A DNA stretch of 64,000 nt, from the NCBI RefSeq assembly GCF_000143415.4, contig NW_003314332.1, positions 1-64,000 of the forward strand, in the 5' to 3' direction. The translations under genes were made by a program, and so were the position numbers. The notes beneath the pieces are model-generated. The model was not told where the DNA came from, made no database searches, and was given only the letters and a program-made list of their open reading frames with translations. This document shows, in pieces, positions 57,667 to 64,000 of this stretch. Source of the DNA: Selaginella moellendorffii. Lineage: Eukaryota; Plantae; Lycopodiophyta. How positions within the stretch are numbered: the stretch's first letter is position 1; the number at the start of each line of letters is the position of its first letter.

Positions 57667-60600
57667 TTAAAAGTAGGAATCAAGACTAAATGGTAATTCC
57701 ATTATGAAGGAATACATTTGAAGGAAAAAAAAGGTAGATAAAAGCTTGAGCTAAAAGCAATTTAGAATTTTATAGTGTTTCTATATGGAAGTCAAAAGAA
57801 AAAAAAAGGGTAGAAAAGTAGATAAAAAGATTGATATAAAAGCAATTTTAGACTAAATTGGGAATTGAGGGAAAAATAAAGAAGATTGAAGAGGTGAGAT
57901 AAAAATCAAATAAAATGACTTTTGGGAGAAAAAGTAAATACTTATAAACCAATTGCTTTGCTGTTTTATTCATGATGTTAGATGACCATGGGGTTTGATG
58001 GGGTGTAGTCCTTGTCAAAAATTAGAAATTGTATTGCTTAGCTTGTACTAATAGTTCCTCACTTAATGATTTTTGCTAACCAAGCTTATTTATTACACCA
58101 TAGCTAGAAGCTATTGTTTTCTCTTGGCACACCCCAAAATTTTCACTGAGATGGCTACTCCAAAAAATTGATCAACCACTTCACTCAAGCCTCTTGTGGG
58201 AATTCTCTCTTTGCCAAGTGGAGTTTTTCAATATAAAATCTCTAGTCATTCAAGTCATAAGTGGTAACAATCTTCGTTCATTGATTTCCTCAAGTGAGAC
58301 TTGTCTAGGCAGAGGATATACTTCTAAAACAACATTTCATACTTCTGGTATACCTTCTGTATTACTTGTATTTTGGCCTCTTCTTTGGAAATGCCAGTGA
58401 TTTTATCTATAAGTTTGACTATCTTATACTTGACCTTGTTCTAAAAAAGAAATAAAGTTAAAACTATACTCCTAAAATAAAAAAAATAACATATTAGAAA
58501 TAATATTTTCACAAAGACCCATCATGTGAATGGATACTATACTTTCCTTTTAGTGTTGAGTTCATTTCTTATTAAATTGATGCCTTCAATGATCATCCAA
58601 TCTTTGTAGCCTTCCCTTGATAATATTTTGTTTAATATAGTAGAATTGATAGATACTAAAGAGTATGTTTTACAACCCACTAAACTGTATACCTGATTCA
58701 TTGATGTTGCAAAACAAACATAGTTAAATTCCAGTTTGCAACCAAATGCAAAAATACTCATTTGTTTGATTCATCATTTGATAAAGTTGGAGAGCATTTG
58801 TCCTTTTTGTCAATGAAAGACACTTTCAAGTATCCTACGTGAATGGAAATAATCAATTAATGGCATACATGATAGTTATTAAAGGTATTTTCCTTTTATC
58901 AAGAAGAAATATATTAATATAATGTTCTTTAGCCATGTTTAATTAAGATTCTTCTCAAACTTTTGCTTAAAGTCTTCATTCTAGTCAATCCAATGTTGAT
59001 CCTGTTACAACTTGATGACATTAATGATATAAGTTATCCATTAAAGCTTGTTGAGTGTGGAGATGATGAATTCCCCTTTTCTAGGAGATAACCCTCAAAC
59101 CAGAATCATTTACCATCTTCTTGTCAGGTATATCCACACAACTTGATTTAACATTATCTAATAAAAGGAACAAAAGGTGGAAGATTGTTATGATGGATTT
59201 AAATGGAATCCATAATCTCAGATAGTATTCTTGCATGAATCTTAACAATTGAAAGGGATTTGGCCTGACCCTTCTTTATATTTATTATTGTCACTTTTGA
59301 GGAAGGCATTCTTATCAAAGAGAAAGGCATTGTCATCAAAGAGGAAAATGTTGCCATGGAATAAAAAGGCATTGTTGTTGAAAAGGAAGGAGCCTCATTT
59401 TTCAACTATGACATTAGTGTGTTTTCCACCATACTACTTTTAGGATTAACTGTAGAATCCATTATACCAATTTTGCTATTTGTTATATCACTCAAACCTT
59501 TTGTCACTTTTTGAACTTCACTTTCTTCTTGCTTATGTGTCTTAAAGTGATGTGTGAGAATTATGAACTCCTCATTTCTCTGCAAAGCATGAGTGATTAT
59601 TTTTGACATCTTACCCAAAAATGCTACAATTGAAAACCTAACCCTAACCTTAATTAAGCTAAACTATGTTAAAATTTGGTAGTATAATATTCGCCATTGA
59701 TTCCTCCCACCAAATGCATTAAATCTTTTGCAATAGAATAATCATAATTGGTATTTAATAGGAACTAATGGAATCTTTCTTGGAAATGCACCAATTTTTT
59801 TGGAATAATTTGTAGCTGATTTATGATTTGGCGCTGAAAAACTTTTAATGGTCTTTTTTGGTGAAGAACAAAATGAAAAATGTATACAAGTGCAAAACAA
59901 GTTTTAAACTTACTTTTCATAGTTTTATAGTTGAAGAATGTGGCATTAATTGGAATGCTGTTCAAGAAGTGTATTTTGGAGTTCATGAAAGACCAAAAAA
60001 AGAGTGTTCATGTGTTTTCCACTTTGAGTAAAGTTTCCAAATGTATATCCAAAAATGCATTATACATCACTATCAATAAGAACATTTTGTTAATAGTGAG
60101 AGTAGGCTAAGATTAAGGAAGAGGCAAAAGCTTACTTCAATAAGATTTAATAGTGCTAGAAAGAAAAAATAATTCAAAATGATAAGTAGGGATTAGAAAA
60201 TAATTTACAAGAAGCGTCAAGTGATAAATTCACATTTTATTGCCATTGACAACATACATAGGCCAAATTTATTAATAGGTTGTGGCTCATCTGTTAACTC
60301 AATCCAACCATTAACAACCATCAGATTAAGGTAAATTTTTTGTGAGAATTTTGTTACTATTAACCATATTTGGAGAACATGGCTAATAGTTACTAGGTGC
60401 AAGAGAACCCAATTATTATCATCCAGGTTTTAGAAAACTTGGCTACCAATAGCCACATTCTTTAAATGCAACTTCTTTTTATTCTTTCATTAAAGCAAGT
60501 TTGAACAATTCAAGCTCATTTTGGCTATGGCCATTGAGTACAATGACACAATTACTCATAGTATAATGGTGAAATGTGGTGGTGTTAATTAGTAGTGTTA

Positions 60601-62200
60601 AAGTTTTTGCAGTTTATGGATCTTTGGATAGAGCTAAAAGTAACTCATTATTATCAAAATCTACAAATAATATCAAAACTTAGAAATAAAGAGTTCAAGT
60701 CAAATAACGCTTTATTTTCATAAATGATCGATTCCTACTACTCACCATGCTCTGGCACAATCTCATGTTTCTTGTTATGTCCATCTGAAATAAAGAGAAA
60801 ACTAAATTGAAAGAAACAAGGAAATTTTTTTTTCTTACCTTACTAGTCTTTAATCACCTCTAAAACTTGATGGGAGTTCAGCTTATGGATCTTTTCTCTT
60901 GGACAATTATTAGGTTACTACTACTCAAGACCACCTAAAATAGAGAAAAGAGAAAGTTCTATTATAAAAATTTTGGTTTTTTGGCCAAAATTTTGTTATT
61001 GTTGCTCATGAATTTGAGCCTATTGATCGTCATTTCCACCTAAATTGAAAAGAATGTTAAACCTCCACAAATGAAAGTGCTTTTAGTTACTAAAAGTAAC
61101 AAGTTAACAATCTTGAAGATCCAATGGGTCTTTATTTAAAGGTTTATTAGCCTATTAACAACATATAACTCTAATGCTTTTTTAAATTTGTCTTGATAGT
61201 TTTTCAAATGACTAGTACCGTCATACTAGTTATATAGAATATATAACATTGCCATTCTCCTTGCTTTCCCAAAGTGATTATACTTATTAAAAAATGAAGA
61301 TGGTTAGCAAAAACCTTATTATTCTATGTTTTTCACCCTCTTGTGTCCAATCAACTTTCTATAGTCTTCTATTGGGGTATTACAATAATTTATAGTTGTA
61401 ATTGCCAAGTGCCAAATGTCTTTTGATAAGAGACTTAAACCTATAAGAATAAAAATTATGAAAAAAAAGAAATAACCTTTATAGGAAGTTCCTCATTCAC
61501 TCTCAAACCTTGTAACAAAAATTCTAGGCCTTATGCCTCACGTATACATAGAATTTTGATGTTGCCCACTTGTTCTTCTTTTGGGTCCTTGTTGGTATAA
61601 TTAGTTCCAATGGGTTCTTGTCTTCCTTATTCGAAACAAATGGTCAAGAAGGTTGGCAGCCAACCTGGTGGGTGTAGTGGTTATGGTCAGAGACACACCC
61701 ACCACTTTGACTGCAATTCCTCCCAAGATAAACCTATCAAATGATTGCAAGTGAGTAAACAAGAATACAAAAAAAGGGGCTAGGTAGTTTTTGAGCTAAG
61801 CTCAAGTCAATGAAAGTCAATATAGTTTACCAAATACAAAAGTTGATGTTTAAATGATTAGTTCAGGACAAACCAACAATTCTATTCAAACCTTAAGACA
61901 TATTTTTAGTCCAAGAAAAAGCTAAATAATATAAGTCTAATAAGAAGATAAATATCATAAGTCAAAGAAGAAACTCTATATTACCAATAAAAAATTCGAC
62001 TAAAAAAAAACTAAACTTAGTCTACCTCAGCATCCACATCCACAAAAGGAGGAGTTTGTATAGTATTATACTCTCTAATTGTGGGCTGAGCTTGTGCCAT
62101 TACTTCTGCATAACATGGCAAATTATAGCCCACATCATCAATCCACCTAATATACACAACCATGATGGAATTACTATAATGAGAAATTTACACTTTATTA

Positions 62201-62473
62201 TCACCTATTATGAAATGTCCCAAGAACACCTTCAAATGTACTTTCCTTCTCTAGTGCAAAAACCACATGGCTAGTCTCTTTAGCCGCTAGCACTATTGAA
62301 TTAAAGTTTACTATAGCATCAAACACAATCCCTTTAGGAGGACAAAACAACTCTAGGAGGATTTGCATAGCCTTTAGTGAATGGTGTTGATAGTTAGGGA
62401 ACTCTATATGATGGTTCTCATTAATGACATTCAGGATGATATCTATTAAGCTATCATATCCTAGCAATGCCAA
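62201..62473 (-). pseudogene. Fragment resembling the SAM-binding end of a beta-class N4/N6 DNA methyltransferase
   Basis: QHHSLKAMQILLELFCPPKGIVFDAIVNFNSIVLAAKETSHVVFALEKE parallels QKP.L...LI..FS.PGD.VLDPF.GSGST..AA...GR..IG.E.D, but the glycines are lost. Confidence 0.55.
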
Positions 62474-63060
62474 ACTTGCAAACTCATCAGCTCATGTAAT
62501 ACTATGATGGCAAAAGTAGTGGCAGAGAGCATGGTAGTTCCATGCTAAAACCTACAATGAAAAGAGGCAATCAATTTAAGATATAAAAAATAAGGAAATG
62601 CAAACCTTTTAGATTTGGCCACCTGCTCCTTTTGTTTCAACTGGGATGTTTGAGAGTAGGTAGCCTGATGCAAACTCAACTAATCTAGAGTCATCATTTT
62701 CTACCATTGTTGCAAGAATGTAAGCAACCAAAAAAAAGACTTGAGAGATGATCCATGGGGTTCAAATATAGAGGGAAAGGGCCCATGAATAAGAGTGCAC
62801 CCCCATTTCCAATCAGTTAAAGGTTTTATGATGTTTAGGGTTAAGCGTCCTTGGGTTTAAATAGTACTTGGGCTGAGTGACCTCCTAAAAAGTCTAAATT
62901 TAGGAGCTTACAAAGAAAACCTCCTCAAAATAAAGAACGGGGAAGAATGACTAACATAATGCCCTCATATCACAACACCTTGGATGCCACATCCACCACT
63001 TGAGAAATATAGTCTGGTCAAAGGATGTTCCAGGATGGAGTGTCACATTATAAAGGTGGT

Positions 63061-63193
63061 AACCCATTAGGCAAGTTGAAGAACGCAAGGTTGATGCCAA
63101 ATGAACAATCCATTAGGCAAGTTGAAGAACACAAGGTTGATGCCAAATGAACAACCCATTAGGCAAGTTGAAGAATGGAAGATTGATGCCAAA
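63061..63193. repeat. 46-bp tandem repeat, about 3 copies
   Basis: AA(C/T)CCATTAGGCAAGTTGAAGAA... starts at 63061, 63107 and 63153. Confidence 0.9.
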
Positions 63194-64000
63194 AGTATTG
63201 TTCATTCCCAATCCTCGTATCCATTGATGGAACATAGAAGACTCTCGGCTCACGTTGTTAGAAAGCTAAAAGTAGTCCCCAATAACTATTTCCACATTGT
63301 CAACACTTCCCATAGGAGAAAGAGGGCAAACTTGAATAATGTTCAAAACCAGGAAATATTAAAGTTAATACATGTTTTTTTTCATACCTGTTTATGTGAA
63401 GCTGATGAAGATAACCCTTGGAGGTCATCCTCTGTAGCAGTGGGGAGGGATGGAGAGAATGCATTTTATGTCGGTGTATAGAGTGCTGGTTGGTTTCTTC
63501 AACATCTACAACCAAATTACAATAAACAAGGTCATTGGAAATCAAGTTCGTACTCTCTTGGATGTCCTCACTATGGAGCTACCTTCATACATTTCAAGTA
63601 GTTGGGACTAGATGAGCAGCGGCAATAGGATATGGAGAATAAGCAACTGCTGTAGGATGAGATGAGGCAAGAGAGTTTTCAACCGGTTCTCCACTTGTTC
63701 CTCTTCAATCTACTCAATATGAATCTTGCCCTTGTCTGAGGCATCTCCACTCCCTCCAAAAGTACCTCTACAATAAAGTAGAAACATAAGTTATTGCTAG
63801 GAAGTTTTACTCATCAAATTTGGATGACACTCGAGGTAGAGATCTAGCTCAAAAGGTGACAATGGCATTTGCCTCCATAACTCCAAGTACCATGGACAAA
63901 GTTCTCGCTCCTGCGTAGTGGGACAATGGAACTTTGGCTCATACATGCCAAGTTTCTTCCCACTAGTTAAGTGCTTGAGAAAAACACTTGTTATGTACAC

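Noticed and set aside
58537-58761. Possible Ulp1-like protease fragment (DWMIIEGINL)
   Set aside because: One weak motif only; the catalytic H/D/C motifs were not found.

Overview
Eukaryotic plant genomic DNA with very short introns (about 50-60 bp), tight gene packing, TTTAGGG telo-boxes and S-motif-rich PPR genes. These traits fit a lycophyte such as Selaginella (inference). 1-21 kb is gene-dense: the 5' end of a secreted/LRR-RLP-like gene, a CRP1-like PPR pseudogene, a nardilysin-like M16 peptidase, two intronless PLS/E PPR genes, a long-chain-base kinase, SQD1, HEI10 (with a U12 intron) and a purple acid phosphatase. 21-36 kb is a nested inverted-duplication complex built around a ~4-kb-arm palindrome. 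It holds four SPO11-1 copies (two full-length, one truncated, one decayed) and five MiAMP1-like six-cysteine secreted peptide genes. 36-40 kb is a Ty3/gypsy relic. 40122-53358 is the best candidate for an undescribed system: a 13.2-kb DNA transposon with perfect 24-bp TIRs. It carries a Sola-like DDD transposase and a divergent multi-exon gene that appears to fuse a ParB-like domain, a catalytically degenerate N4/N6 DNA-methyltransferase fold and an FCP1-type HAD phosphatase domain. About 25 copies of a 22-bp palindrome (ATGGCRTG-N6-CAYGCCAT) are spread across the element, many inside introns, reminiscent of a ParB/parS arrangement. 53.4-64 kb holds a chromovirus relic, two 100-N gaps and AT-rich decayed repeats including a second methyltransferase-like fragment. 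All domain calls are by-eye motif recognition, not database hits.
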